Below are positions 52,276 through 64,000 of a stretch of DNA of 64,000 nucleotides, piece by piece; within the stretch, counting starts at the first letter, position 1, and every line of letters starts with the position of its first letter. This DNA is from Savitreella phatthalungensis (taxonomy: Eukaryota): positions 1 through 64,000 of the forward strand of contig AP039691.1 of NCBI GenBank assembly GCA_051599415.1, in the 5' to 3' direction. Below the pieces are notes generated by a model, which saw only the letters and a program-made list of their open reading frames with translations, searched no databases and was not told the origin of the DNA. Made by a program: the position numbers and the translations under genes.

Positions 52276-53312
52276 GCTGAGAAAGGACGAGGTGTCGTAG
52301 GAACAGTCGGTGAGTTCGCAATTGCGATGATCGCTTTCCTATATACTAGTTATTGCTATGCTGGCAGCATCGCAAGCTGGTTTCTGTCGTGTGGCTATCA
52401 TCTCATAGGTCAGAGCTGTGCAAGTCCTCTTTGGTGCCAGTTCCCAGCCCCGAGGGCTATTTCGTCAATCTACCCAAGTAGCGCTCGCGACGGCTGGCTC
52501 CAAATCCAACATCCCCATTCGCTCTTCCTGACTAGAAGCAGTTTGCATGTCACTTTTCACCGATTTTGAATACTTAACTATGTCATGCAAACGATTCGAA
52601 TCTATTCGAGGAACGATCGAATTTAGACTTTTGGTGGTGACGTCAGCGGAGAATGCAGATGAGGTCATACGCAAAACCCCAGCACGTGAGACGAATAGTG
52701 ATGGAGGATCGCTTACCTTAAGTAGCACCGCTTGATATTGCAATATTGCGATCTATCTAGTCATGATTCATGCAGTCCAGCTTTCATGGAAGAAAATCCT
52801 GATTGACACCACTCCACCTTCGAAGTGACTATAATTCCCATTCTCTGTGTCCATCTAGGTATACCGGCTGCTGGTTTTCGTCTCTGGCAAACTCAATAAG
52901 TTGCGGGATAAGTTGCAGCACCGGTACTCCTTAAGAAGCATTTCAACAGAATATGCACGAGCATCGATGGTCATTCCCATCCGACTTAGATACGCCCAAG
53001 CTCGATGACCTCACATCGGGATCGGAGACTAGGCGACAAATTGTCAATGCTCAATGAAACCTTCCATTCATCGTATTTTCGAGGCAGTGTCATATGAGCT
53101 AAACGAACCTGGCATGCCAACTATCGCCATAAATCGGCGGACCTAGAAGCATATTATACACCACTCCGCAATAGTCTTTCCTTGCTTCGTGGTGCTTTTC
53201 GTCTCGTGAGCCTCGTGTAGACAGGAGTAAGGGCGGGTATGCAAGCTCAAGAGCTGCAAAAAAAAAATCCAGATCTCGCAGATTCCGCAGGTCTCAGTGA
53301 GATTGCTCAGGG

Positions 53313-54860
53313 ATGTCCGACGTCCTACGACAGCTTGAACATCTGGCTATAGAGATTGATGAATATCGCGCTGAGCTTCGAACGCGTAATGTACAAATAC
53401 ACGGCCTAGGCAACTTTGCTCATAGAGTCAAAAAAGAGATATCGGCGGTCGTGGCTGCATATAGCTACCAAGATTTTGAACATCGGCTGGCGAGCTCGAA
53501 CGCGACGGACCTCGCACGCTCATGGCGTCTGCTTCGTTCATTGCCTGCCGTGACAGCGGTCAATACACGCGCAATAATTGATAAGTCCAAGCGCGTGAGA
53601 GACAATCATGTCATTGTAGACGTTATCTACCGCAAAGGCCATGCCTGGTGCATCCGATTCTCCCAGCGCTATAGATCGCTGTTGCAGGAATTAGCCAACC
53701 TTCCTTTCGTTCGCGAATGCGAAAGCATCCGCGGGGATGATGAAGATACAGCGATGTCTGATTCCAGCTCTATCGACTTCGTCATTGATACTGAGCCTCG
53801 GCGCAGCGAAAGTCCGACAGACGCAGACGACCTTTTCGACTGGCGCTATGTGCGGCAGACGCAAATGGTGAGACATATGTATAATGTGCTCACGGCTGCC
53901 GCGAACTATCCTCGACTTGGATTGTCGCCTCGAATCTGCGTGTACTTACCCCGACTCCTCGAGGACGCGGCGACGGATGAAGCCCAAGACAATTGCTTCC
54001 GACTTTCGAAAATACTGGAAGACCGGCTGAAAGTTCAAGTCATGCTACATTCCCCCGGCGTACCACTCGACATCGACTGCAATGTCCAGGCTCAAGCCAG
54101 AGACGAATTTGGAAATGAGCCTCTCGAGCTGTGCCTTGAGGATGGTGCCACGCCACGGCCAGTTGTTCTTTGTGTGACGACTCTCTTTGTTTTGACGAGT
54201 GATTTGTCGAACGATGCGTTTAACAAAGACTTTCGTGGACTCCATTCAGCTCAGCAGTTTCAATTGGACGAGGAGCGGCGCGTATCCTGCCTGCAAGCTC
54301 GGATTCTGCCCATCCTTGCCGTGGGTGGTGAACTCCATACCACCGAATTCGGGCGACAGAGACTGTTCCAGCTCGTGGAGCAGCTCGGCTCGAGTGCCGA
54401 GCATCAGCGAGCGGCTCTACTCTTCGACTGCCTTCCGTCCCATGGGCTCACGTCTTTGGACCGCGCCACAGCGCTGTCAAATCTATCCATTCATTCATGG
54501 CCAGACTCTATCAGGCTACCCATCATCGTGCATGAAGACGTCGGTGATTCGATGCAAGGGCTATTCGATATGAAAACGAAAACTGCACAGGATGTCTTTG
54601 CATTGGCTTGGCACAGACCGAGTTGCATTTTGCTCTCCGCGAACAAGACAGCTGTGACCGTCTTTCGACGTTGCCTTGCAAGCGAGAACGTCCGCCTCGC
54701 CAAACGCCCTCGGGAGAACGTGAAGTCGCCAGACGAAGAATCGGAACAGCGCATTCCGCAGGTACATCTGCATGCAGCAAGGTCTCTCGCAAAATACGAA
54801 CGAGCTGGCCTCCTGGCAGCGAAGCGCAATGAGAGAGCCACGCTCGCACACGACATCTAA
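53313..54860 (+). CDS. DUF1308/UPF0415-like protein
   Basis: ASSN, VIVDVI...W, VVLCVTTLFVLTSDLSN, LSANKTAV, HAARSL motifs. Confidence 0.7.
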   Translation: MSDVLRQLEHLAIEIDEYRAELRTRNVQIHGLGNFAHRVKKEISAVVAAYSYQDFEHRLASSNATDLARSWRLLRSLPAVTAVNTRAIIDKSKRVRDNHVIVDVIYRKGHAWCIRFSQRYRSLLQELANLPFVRECESIRGDDEDTAMSDSSSIDFVIDTEPRRSESPTDADDLFDWRYVRQTQMVRHMYNVLTAAANYPRLGLSPRICVYLPRLLEDAATDEAQDNCFRLSKILEDRLKVQVMLHSPGVPLDIDCNVQAQARDEFGNEPLELCLEDGATPRPVVLCVTTLFVLTSDLSNDAFNKDFRGLHSAQQFQLDEERRVSCLQARILPILAVGGELHTTEFGRQRLFQLVEQLGSSAEHQRAALLFDCLPSHGLTSLDRATALSNLSIHSWPDSIRLPIIVHEDVGDSMQGLFDMKTKTAQDVFALAWHRPSCILLSANKTAVTVFRRCLASENVRLAKRPRENVKSPDEESEQRIPQVHLHAARSLAKYERAGLLAAKRNERATLAHDI

Positions 54861-56485
54861 CGAGAAGTTGGCCTGCTCTTCATGTCCTCATCGCTGTCGT
54901 CCTCGTCTCCAAGATCGAAAGCATCGTTGACGGTGCCTCCAGCTACCTGATAGGCAGTACGGCCAGGTCGACCTGATCCTGATGAGGCGAATGCGGTCTC
55001 ACTGAAGTTCTCAGACTGATTTGAAATGGATGTACGCGGCTTTGAAGCGTGCTGTCGACCCGTTTGGCCGTCCTCTTCGTCTTCATCTGACTGAAGGTTG
55101 ACGTCCATATCGTAGTCTTCTTGACGAACCTCGTCCGACATGGCAAAGCGCCGATTGTCCTTTGTTGGGCGCCAGAGAAAGATAATCGTTACAAAGACTG
55201 AGAGATAAAGCGTATTCAGCCAGCCATTGAGAACCATGCGGTCTTTCCAGTGCCTTGGAACGAAGTCCGGCGAATCGGCGTTGTAAAAGGTGAATGACTG
55301 CAGGAGTATAAAGGCACACACGGCTACGATGGACCACCAAATTACTCCATGTAATCGGCGGTACATCATAGACTTTTGCCACTGGCCCCTGTTCTCAAGC
55401 TCGGCAATAGTAGTGCGCATGGCTTGGACGGTCCAGAAGTAAAATACTGTCATACACGCTGACAGCGGCAGAATGACGAACAATGTCCAAAGTGACGGCG
55501 CGTCTGCCGTGCCGACAGCCATGGAGGCCACCCCATACAAGGATCCGAAGCAGAAATGGACGACTGCCAGCATTCTTGCCTTGAGCATCGCCGGTCCGAG
55601 GCTAGGTCGGACTACACTATAGCCTAGACTGACGATGAGTATCATGAAGAAGCTGAAGGAGTTCCTGAGGGCACTGAGTACAGACACGATGACCATATAG
55701 ATCCGTGAGCCAATCGTAAAGCCGTGAATGTTGACATAGTCGTAATAACCCCAGACGATGATCATCTCGCATGTCAGAAATACCATGAGGGCCGTCAGGT
55801 AGTTCTGTACTGGCAGAATTTCAGTCTTGTGCTGATAGTACTGGAAACCCCACAGAAAGCCAATCAGAACGTATGCAACGGCCAGTGCCCCGTAGAATGG
55901 TAAGTTGAAGTATTCCGATGCTGGCAGCTCGCCATACGAATTCGCAAAGCGGACTGATCCCCTGTAATCTGTGCCAGTAGCGCTCAAGGTTGAAACACAG
56001 TAGTACGAGGTCTTCTTGATGTCGTAGTGTAACGATAGCGGATCTTCTAAAGCAATGGCTTGCGTAACCACCGTAGCCTTGGTCGCATTTCTGGCAGATT
56101 TGCTGATAAGGAATTGTCCTGTCTCGCGATCTGTGCAAAGGTCTTGCGCGATTGCATCGTCATCGCAGATCAAAAAGCTGCGCTCGGAGCTGGAGCCCTC
56201 CAAGGGCGGGAGTCGTATGCCGATCCGATCAATGTCTTGATACTCAAACACTACGACAGAGATGTTGTTGTGAGAATGCGAGTCGCCCGGCACAGAGACA
56301 GTCTCGAATTCTACACGGATGTATGGATTCCGATTGCCGCCCACCGAGGCCCTAGCGAACATCCCACTGCATTGCTGCGATAGCTTGTTGTTGATCTGGA
56401 CGACATTAGCTTGGACGACTGTCAACAGCCCGACAAGCACAGAAAGCCAGCCGATTTGCATCAATCCAGACCGCCACAGTCTCAT
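54857..56485 (-). CDS. PTM1: GOST / lung seven-TM receptor family protein (Ptm1/TMEM87-like)
   Basis: Signal peptide, luminal domain, GELPASEY, ILPVQNY, IVSLGYSVVRP, LWRPT..NRRFAMS. Confidence 0.88.
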   Translation of the reverse strand: MRLWRSGLMQIGWLSVLVGLLTVVQANVVQINNKLSQQCSGMFARASVGGNRNPYIRVEFETVSVPGDSHSHNNISVVVFEYQDIDRIGIRLPPLEGSSSERSFLICDDDAIAQDLCTDRETGQFLISKSARNATKATVVTQAIALEDPLSLHYDIKKTSYYCVSTLSATGTDYRGSVRFANSYGELPASEYFNLPFYGALAVAYVLIGFLWGFQYYQHKTEILPVQNYLTALMVFLTCEMIIVWGYYDYVNIHGFTIGSRIYMVIVSVLSALRNSFSFFMILIVSLGYSVVRPSLGPAMLKARMLAVVHFCFGSLYGVASMAVGTADAPSLWTLFVILPLSACMTVFYFWTVQAMRTTIAELENRGQWQKSMMYRRLHGVIWWSIVAVCAFILLQSFTFYNADSPDFVPRHWKDRMVLNGWLNTLYLSVFVTIIFLWRPTKDNRRFAMSDEVRQEDYDMDVNLQSDEDEEDGQTGRQHASKPRTSISNQSENFSETAFASSGSGRPGRTAYQVAGGTVNDAFDLGDEDDSDEDMKSRPTSR

Positions 56486-57098
56486 TCCTGAGCGATGCAG
56501 CCCTGTGCTGCCGAGCGCCGATCCTCGGGGGTCCAAGACGAAGCTGACTAGATGAAGAACTGTCAGGTCCGTCTAATAAGTTATGTAGCTGTGCCAGGAT
56601 CTGTTTGCTGGGTCCGATATGATCACACATGCGCAGGCCTGGCGCGTCCGTGCATCCGTACGTAAATATTCAGAAAGTAATTACGGTGTACTCTTATCGA
56701 GGTCCAGCAACATACAGTACCGGGAATCTTGAGCAGCCCAGGCCCTTGGTATACATGGCCTCGTCTTCTTTAGCACGGTCGAGTCTCTTTGAACCTCTAT
56801 CATAAGGCTCATGCACAAAATATATAAATTACATCCAAGAGCAATTCATTTCGCAATGGCCGGTATCCCATAATTAATTAAATACATCTCAGAATAGAAT
56901 TTATTTACTTGACTCTCTATGTCCAGTTGTTTACATATACAATACGTATTTACGTTTCAAAATCTTGCGGCCGCCGGTCATGTGCGTAAGAGGTCCTGGC
57001 AGCATGTGTGGAGACCTGCCATAGAAGCCTGTGAAGGGTTCGATGGAAACCAGATAAGAGCTGGAAGCTCGGTGGAGCTGCTTTTATTGGGGTCGACT

Positions 57099-57728
57099 AT
57101 GCCGTTCAATCTACCAGGGATCTATCTCGGATTGTATGCTGCCCTTTGGAGACCGGCCCTGTTAAGGCCAACGCTCGTGGTGGATGAATACTCTGACATA
57201 CCGTGGAGGAACTTACACGCAGCGATACACCAAGCTGAAGCTCAGCGTGAAGCAGGACGATCAGAAAGCGTGTCGTATATCGCCTTAGACAAGGACAACT
57301 GCTTTTCTCGGGCAAAGACGCTTGATATCTTGCCAGCTTATGCGGCAGCCTTTCGCGAGATGACACAGACCTTGACCTCTCGATCGCAGTGTCTCATTGT
57401 GTCGAACACTGCAGGCACACTGATGCACTCTGAAGACCTCAACGGACACTTAGCGCTACAGCTTGAACGAACGACCGGATTTTCTGTCCTCAGACACAAA
57501 CGGCCCAAGCCAGGTTGTGGCAATAACATCTTGCGGCACTTCTCGGAGACGCACATGACGACCGTTAAACCGCATGAGATTCTCGTCGTCGGGGATCGAC
57601 TTCTGACAGACATTCTCATGGCTAATCTACATGGCATGCGCTCGTGCTGGTTGAGGAAAGGTGTGGCATACGAAGACAGTGGCCTAGGCGGAAAACTCGA
57701 GCGACTATACGCACGCATGTTTCTCTAA
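57099..57728 (+). CDS. GEP4: Mitochondrial phosphatidylglycerophosphatase (HAD family)
   Basis: LDKDNC, IVSNTAG, KPGC, VVGDRLLTDILMAN; likely ATG at 57099. Confidence 0.92.
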   Translation: MPFNLPGIYLGLYAALWRPALLRPTLVVDEYSDIPWRNLHAAIHQAEAQREAGRSESVSYIALDKDNCFSRAKTLDILPAYAAAFREMTQTLTSRSQCLIVSNTAGTLMHSEDLNGHLALQLERTTGFSVLRHKRPKPGCGNNILRHFSETHMTTVKPHEILVVGDRLLTDILMANLHGMRSCWLRKGVAYEDSGLGGKLERLYARMFL

Positions 57729-57865
57729 TGAGCTGGGGTCAGTCCATCGATTGCGTTCATCGCTTCCAGTGACACATGCTGCATGCCAAAAGCCGATGCC
57801 TTGTCACCGATGATCCTGATGCTCTCCTTTCGCAACCAATCCCCTGCCGTACTGCAAGTCCTTGG

Positions 57866-60616
57866 TCAGCTTCCGACAGGTCGTCGCGCAAGATCATTTG
57901 CAACGCCTGAACCCCCATATATCAACCCGGACATTTCGTTAAAATCAAGCATCGAGTCTGCGTCCATAGGCAGCTGAGAAACGCCTGCATGACCAGTGGC
58001 GAGCTCGTGCTGTTGACCGGCATCGCCAGTTTGCGGTCTGAATGCTGTGTGCAGCGGCGCGGACAAACTCGACTGTTCGCCGGACATGATAGCGCCAGCT
58101 GCGGCTGTTGCAGCGGCTACCGACCGGGCATATGCCGTTTCATTGCTCAAACCATCACCCGACGAGCCGTCATGGAATGACATCAATTGCGCATTTTCCA
58201 AAGGAGGCGCATGAAGCGGGTTGGCCTGTCCTGCTGACGTATTGTGCCCGAGAGCGCCCTGCCCATCCATCACAGCTGAGGCTCGAGACGGCATGGTGAA
58301 ATTATTGAATGGCGGCATGAGGGAGTCGTGAACTGCCAGCTGCACTGCCTCAGGGTCTTCATCAGCCATCGTCAGGTCTGGCATACTCTGATTGACCATA
58401 GGTCCGAGTTCGTCAATCAAACTGGGCCCCAGATTGTGATTGTCCAAGTAGGTTGACGGTAATGCTTGCCTTTGTGTTGAGCCGACACCCAAGTCGAAGC
58501 TCTCTTGTTGCTGCGTCGTTTGCTCTCCATTGCTGAGCGCCAGCCCAGCAGCGGCAGCGGCAGCGGCTGCCATCTGCAAATCAAACTGTCCGGCTTGCAT
58601 CAGAGCTGGTGAGTTCATGACAGATGCTTGCATACTGCTTGGGCCTTTTGGCAATGGCGTATAACAGTTACTCGACGAGTCGAAAAACGCTGGCGTCCCG
58701 TAGTCAGCATCGGCATAAGATGGCGTTGCTGTGGCGCTCGACGAATAAGCTGACTCGTTTCTTTCAAAATCAGGGTATCGCCCGCCGTCATTCATCAAAT
58801 GACTGCTGGTAACAATCGACGAAAGCGGTGGCTGATTTTGCTGCGATGAGTAGCCTGACGAGACATCGCGATGGTATGGCTCCATCCGCAAGCTTGTTTG
58901 TCCTGTGTGATAATTGTTGTAAGCTCGATCACTTGCAAGGAACTGCGAAAAGTCCACGGCGATGGGTGCAGAACGGCTCCGAGTTCGTCGATGCTGACCA
59001 CGAGAGGCGTTGAAACCTGCCGCGCTCGACCTGCTCATCTGCGACGCGGGCGCCATAGTCCCGCTAGGGCTGTTACCCGCGACGTTGATTTCGTCTGCCG
59101 AAGCGTCCTGAATTCTGTCCATTTGACCCTGCTGCGCGCCAAAGGAAGTGCTCTGTGGTCTCTGATGCTGCTCGCGCTGCAGCTGTAGATTCTGTTGCTG
59201 AGCGAATAATTGCCGCTGATGCTGCTGCGCGATGGCCGCCGCTCCGACTGCTCCACTGATCTCTGCGAGAGACTGAGGGCCGTGAGTGAAACTGACTCCG
59301 GCCATTTGTCTCTGTAATAGATGCTGTTCGAGTGGATCAGGCGCAGGCGGTGTAGCGTCGATTGTCATCAAGGCGGCTGCTTGAGGGAAAGCGGAAGCTA
59401 GCAAGCTGAGTGACTCCCTCAGAGCGACGTAAGAGCCCACAAGTGTATGTGTAAGAACATTTGAGGCTTGTTGGTTCTCTGTAAAATCTGTGCAATGCTT
59501 CCAGCCTCCGGTCGAGACCTCCATCAAGAAGGTCGGTGGCTCGAGCAATTTGACGGTCATACGTCCAACCTGCGCACCAGGCGCGGCTTGCACAGCAAGC
59601 AACTCAATCTTTTGCACAGATCCGATGCTGAACTCGATCTTAAATCCAGCAGCCCCACTGTTGATGTAGTGTGTGAAGCGAGGGTCACCCTGTGACCAAT
59701 AACAGACCAGATCCATTGCATTGCACGCGACACGCCGCCACGTACCTATCGTTAGCGATCGCACATTGAGTCGTGTGATGCCTGTATTTGTGACTGGCTG
59801 GTGAGCGGGATTTGCGGCCAAGGATAATGTGTGGTGTGGAGTCATAGCAGCCACAGAGCCAGCAGAGAACATGTCCATCTGACGCGATGCTATTGCAGAC
59901 ACCATCGGCGGCTGCGCAAGAGATGATCCGGAGGCAACTCGCGAAGTTGGAGAACTGACGGCGTACGGCACATAGCCGCGGGGACTAAGGGAAGGCTGTC
60001 CGGCGAAGTCCATAGTCATCGATCTTGCGGGAATACCAGGACGAATCGGGATGTCATACAAGCCGTGATGCGCTGGAATGCCTAGTGGCGACACTTCGTC
60101 CAAGCCTTCGCGCTTCTGCTGGGTCTTGGTTTTTGCTCGTCGATTCTGGAACCAAATTTGAACAGATCGTTCGGTCATATTGATCTCGCCTGAGATGGCC
60201 TCGCGCATCTTTGCGTTCGGATTTGGGTTGACGGCGAAAGCTTCTTCCAACACGACCAGCTGTTCCGGAGTAGCACGCTGCCGTTTTTTATTCATCTGCT
60301 GCTGAGTCAAATTTGCCGTCGAGCGTCCGCCGAAGCGCGAATTCAGGCTGACAGAGCGGAGGCGATTTCCGATGTGAGGGGTGTGCGGCTGCAGAGGAGA
60401 AGCTTCGCCCGGAGAAACCGGCGAATGCCTGTCAGACGGCTCTCCGGGCGATTCATCGTCGTCGGGTAGGTGCATTACAGTTGAACTTGGCGAATCGTGA
60501 TCTTGCGAACCATGAGCATCATCGCAGCAGCTTTCCTGGTCGCTGGAAATGGTCGATTCGACTCGCATGCCAAGCTGCTCGCCTGAACTGTGCTGGGTAG
60601 CTGGAGCGGTCGTCAT
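57866..60616 (-). CDS. Homeobox transcription factor (Phx1/Pah1-like)
   Basis: Homeodomain KRQRATPEQL...INMTERSVQIWFQNRRAK; conserved SLTIGTWRRV...DFTENQQAS domain; HRRTRSRSAP motif. Confidence 0.9.
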   Translation of the reverse strand: MTTAPATQHSSGEQLGMRVESTISSDQESCCDDAHGSQDHDSPSSTVMHLPDDDESPGEPSDRHSPVSPGEASPLQPHTPHIGNRLRSVSLNSRFGGRSTANLTQQQMNKKRQRATPEQLVVLEEAFAVNPNPNAKMREAISGEINMTERSVQIWFQNRRAKTKTQQKREGLDEVSPLGIPAHHGLYDIPIRPGIPARSMTMDFAGQPSLSPRGYVPYAVSSPTSRVASGSSLAQPPMVSAIASRQMDMFSAGSVAAMTPHHTLSLAANPAHQPVTNTGITRLNVRSLTIGTWRRVACNAMDLVCYWSQGDPRFTHYINSGAAGFKIEFSIGSVQKIELLAVQAAPGAQVGRMTVKLLEPPTFLMEVSTGGWKHCTDFTENQQASNVLTHTLVGSYVALRESLSLLASAFPQAAALMTIDATPPAPDPLEQHLLQRQMAGVSFTHGPQSLAEISGAVGAAAIAQQHQRQLFAQQQNLQLQREQHQRPQSTSFGAQQGQMDRIQDASADEINVAGNSPSGTMAPASQMSRSSAAGFNASRGQHRRTRSRSAPIAVDFSQFLASDRAYNNYHTGQTSLRMEPYHRDVSSGYSSQQNQPPLSSIVTSSHLMNDGGRYPDFERNESAYSSSATATPSYADADYGTPAFFDSSSNCYTPLPKGPSSMQASVMNSPALMQAGQFDLQMAAAAAAAAGLALSNGEQTTQQQESFDLGVGSTQRQALPSTYLDNHNLGPSLIDELGPMVNQSMPDLTMADEDPEAVQLAVHDSLMPPFNNFTMPSRASAVMDGQGALGHNTSAGQANPLHAPPLENAQLMSFHDGSSGDGLSNETAYARSVAAATAAAGAIMSGEQSSLSAPLHTAFRPQTGDAGQQHELATGHAGVSQLPMDADSMLDFNEMSGLIYGGSGVANDLARRPVGS

Positions 60617-62473
60617 CGGTAGGCAGCTTCTGTGGACTTTCAATCAGTTGACCCGTAGATGCGAGCTTGGAGCTCGATGAGAGCTGGCGGTGTCCTTGAC
60701 AGCCTCAGGACGTTCAGAGAGCACAGAATCGCGGGCGGGGCCTACCTCTCTGCTTCCGTCGACTCCGTAATAGATTCGTTTGCTGGCTTCGCGATATGTA
60801 GGCTTGAAAGAATCAACGATCTGCCAAGTGAAGGGAAGAGAATTGAGAGTTTGTTGTCTCAGGACGTGCGTGTGCGCGTGTGCGACCGCAGAGTGCGATA
60901 ATGCACCCGAAATTGTGGGAGAGTGGCTCGTGGCTCACGTTGTTCGCGGCAGCTGTGGAAAATTATATGTCGCCAGCAAGAGAGTGGAAAAGGGCGAGAT
61001 CCCGGACAGAGACTTCGTGCTTTGGTCGACACGTGACGACCGTCGAAGCAAGAGCAAGCGGACGGCTGAATGACGCTTCTTGAAACACGAGCGATGCAGA
61101 GAGACGATCCTGCTAAACTGGTCGATCTCGATCAAACACAGCTGCGACCACTAAGACTGCCAGCAACGAGTCTCGGGACTGCGACGCTCTTGACCTGTAG
61201 CCTGGCTCAGATGACGTGCCTGCAGCCGGTCGGTACGAGATTGCCGCCTCCGATGCTCCAGACGATGAGCGTACAGACACTCTGCTTCCGAGAAGGGCGT
61301 CGCGCGAATGGTGCCCTGCTCAGCTTCTCTGCGATTCGTTGCCGAACTTGATCTTGGCAGCCGGACGATGAGCACGAAGTCGGCAAACCAAAATTGCTTG
61401 AAGCTGAGCGATATGCGATCAATACTGTGAACCTGTCGTGAGGTAGTCTACTTTGTGAGTCGCAGTCTGCCAATTGCTTGATGACTTCGACGCCGCACCC
61501 TTCTGTGCGTATTGAATATTAACTGAAGTTTGAAATGAGTGGAACTCCAGTGGATTCGACCTTGTCAATCGCGCCGTGGTCAAGAACTGGCCGGACGTAC
61601 TGATTGTGTGGCTGCCCCTCTCTTGTTCAGCACCAACCATACTCAGAAGGACTTGCACCCAGGGCTTTGACCTACCACTGGTCTCGAATGCAACCTGCTG
61701 ACCTTGATTGGATTTAAAACTACACTACTGGAGATCGCTATTAGAATGGCTAGCGAACGAGGTCCCCAACTGTAAGCTAAATGGATCCACTAAGCCTATT
61801 GCAGGGTACGTATGGACCGTTAAGCACCACAGTACCTACTGTAGATATCTATGCCCTTTCATGTGTATCCGCGGACAGTCGGAATCTGCTGGGTCTAAAC
61901 TTAGTCCTTTGATGTTGCACATATCCGGATCCCGCTCTAAATCGTCCGCAAGATTTGACCTATGATAGTTGCGCTTTCGAAGGGATTGAGTTCAATGCAC
62001 AGTAATCTATATCTGTCAGTGACTGTTTAGGACATGCGGAAGTTGGCACTCCTATAGCTTCAATTGCTTTTCAACCGAGAACTGGTTAACCTTATTTGCG
62101 CAGTTTGGTTTGTCATTTTAAGTAAAGCTTAGGAAGGTTGCAGAGTTTATTGACAACCCCGGAAATTCAGAAGCCGAATGTGAAAACTCATTGATATATC
62201 GAAATACGCGCGCACGTGTACTGGGGAAACGAGATCGGTTATTCAACCACGTGTTACCACATGGCCACAGTTTCCCGGCCGGTGAAAGGCGATTTGACCA
62301 GCAGAATTGACGAGTCTTTATACAGGGCTGAGCGCTTTGTCAAAAGGGCGATTCTCCGTTATCATAGCTTCTGTACACCTCGAGTGACAAGCATAGGCTA
62401 ACGAAGACTTTTGTCGTAGATCGGTTTCATGCACGACCGTGATCGCATTTATTACGCCGACAAACTCCCTTGT

Positions 62474-62504
62474 GAGTCGAGTCGAGTCGAGTCGAGTCGA
62501 GTCG
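62474..62504. repeat. (GAGTC)6 microsatellite
   Basis: Perfect pentamer array. Confidence 0.9.
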
Positions 62505-63073
62505 TTCCATTGCAATTGAGACGACTGCTTACGTGCGATTCTGCCATCGGTCGAAATCAAACATGATGTAAACGGCTTTGTAGAGTCTATCATGCACGAT
62601 CCCTTGCTCGAGCTACGACTTTGCTGGGCGTCGGCTCCTGAATAAAATGTAACATGAGCTACGTGTACGCAAAGGCATTTACGGACACTTGTGGAATCCA
62701 GGTCATGCCGAGCTTCTCGGTAAACTCAGCAGTATGCCTTTCTGATACATACTGTACGCCTTGCGAGCGCTTGAGCCGCAAGGCTTTGATCATGAATCAT
62801 CTTTTCGAGCCAGGTACCATTCGGTACTTGTGCTTGAGACGGTATGCGAAGTATTACCATGGCCCACGCTCACTCACCCACTGAACCATTTATTTCCTGC
62901 ATGTTGGGTGGTCATTTTCCGTCACCTTGGGAGTACGCCACGGGAATCCTTTCCTTTTGACGATACGATCTCATGTGATTGCACTCGACAGAACGACAGT
63001 GCACATCTAGCCTCTAGTAGCAGAAGTCTCGGTCTGTGATACATTGAGGCACAAATCGAGAAAATCTCGAGAA

Positions 63074-64000
63074 CTACTCGCTAACTGATGTTGATCTCTC
63101 GGAGACGAACGCCACTTTTCCATGCGCGGGTTGACACGATGCAGATGATGCTTGCGGAGTCGTTCTGTTGCGCAAGATGCTGGTGCTCTGCCGAGGCGCA
63201 GTCAATTGCTCGGGATTGTGACTGCCTGCTACCGTGCCGGCAGTCTCGCCGGGATGACGCATTTGGTGCTCGGTGCCGCCGCGGGCAATACCGAGTGAAA
63301 GCCTTCCAAATTTGTAACCAGTCGCTCCCGTGCCAAGTTCCTCGTCCAAAGCACGCCGACGCAAGATTTCCTCCACTTCACGCTCGTCTTGGTGATCCTG
63401 CTGAGCCTGCCAGGATTGCTGCAGCTCCATGGCGGCCTCCTCCTCGAGTCTCGCTTTCCCGGCGACATCCGCCTGCAATTCTCGGAAAATATCGTGCTGC
63501 GTTGGAAAGAAGATGATTCTAATGGACTGTGTGATGATGTCAATTAATGCCGTGAAGATGATCGTGAATAGCAGTGCGGACCACCACCCCACATTCTTGC
63601 CGTAATGATGGAAGAGAGCGCCTTTGACGAAATAGATAGGTTGATACCCGTAGAATGAGTTCAGCAAAACAAGCCAGAGGAACCAGCCACAGACGGTGAT
63701 GGTGAAGAACGCAAAGTTCAGTATTGACCACGAGTGTATCTCGAAGAAGAGCAATTTGAGATTAATCAGGATAACACATGCGGTGAAGACCATGTTGCCC
63801 ATGGGGAAGACATCGATGTTGTTATTGCGGCTCGCATAAGCAAGAAAGACGCAGTAGAAGACAACGACGGACTGCGTGCAAGCCAGAGTCATCCAGCCAA
63901 AGAAAAGTCGAAGATTGAATGCCTTGCCGAGGCGCCCGATCTCATACAGCTCCGGAACAGCGAGCAAAGTTGATGCATTGAGATCCCGCTCGAAAGCCCC
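63074..64000 (-). CDS. P4-type ATPase (phospholipid flippase, Dnf3-like), 3' part only
   Basis: LLAVPELYEIGRLGKAFNLRLFFGW, C-terminal TM helices, FFPTQHDIFREL; runs off the window edge. Confidence 0.88.
   Translation of the reverse strand, partial: GAFERDLNASTLLAVPELYEIGRLGKAFNLRLFFGWMTLACTQSVVVFYCVFLAYASRNNNIDVFPMGNMVFTACVILINLKLLFFEIHSWSILNFAFFTITVCGWFLWLVLLNSFYGYQPIYFVKGALFHHYGKNVGWWSALLFTIIFTALIDIITQSIRIIFFPTQHDIFRELQADVAGKARLEEEAAMELQQSWQAQQDHQDEREVEEILRRRALDEELGTGATGYKFGRLSLGIARGGTEHQMRHPGETAGTVAGSHNPEQLTAPRQSTSILRNRTTPQASSASCQPAHGKVAFVSERSTSVSE

Noticed and set aside
17863..62253. CACGTG E-box motifs in several intergenic regions
   Set aside because: A 6-mer whose enrichment cannot be established by eye; none noticed just upstream of PHO89
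10992..64000. Apparent lipid gene cluster (LCB2, PHS1, ERG9, GEP4, flippase)
   Set aside because: Different pathways, interspersed with unrelated housekeeping genes; expected by chance at this gene density

Overview
Left end of a chromosome from a compact, intron-poor fungal genome. The TTAGGG telomeres, fission-yeast-like U2 snRNA and rhamnose pathway suggest Taphrinomycotina such as Protomyces or Taphrina (inference). The window opens with an untrimmed Oxford Nanopore adapter and native barcode (1-73), then about 15 CCCTAA repeats that grade into CCCTGA, CCCTCA and CACTCA variants. A CpG-depleted subtelomere, a PHO89-type transporter and a degenerate repeat/pseudogene zone follow. From about 8.5 kb, housekeeping genes are densely packed and several convergent pairs have overlapping 3' ends. 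Main points of interest: (1) one ORF fusing an intact Sno1/PdxT glutaminase (vitamin B6 synthesis) to an intact Ade1 SAICAR synthetase (purine synthesis), with SNZ1 about 16 kb away; (2) a spliced 67-aa microprotein with a ubiquitin-tail-like RMRGG followed by a Cys-rich peptide, divergent from a ubiquitin C-terminal hydrolase gene; (3) a U2 snRNA with a variant stem-loop I and Sm site; (4) a head-to-head NDP-rhamnose gene pair; (5) a 6-exon phosphatase gene missed by the ORF track. All family calls come from motif recognition by eye; no database search was run.
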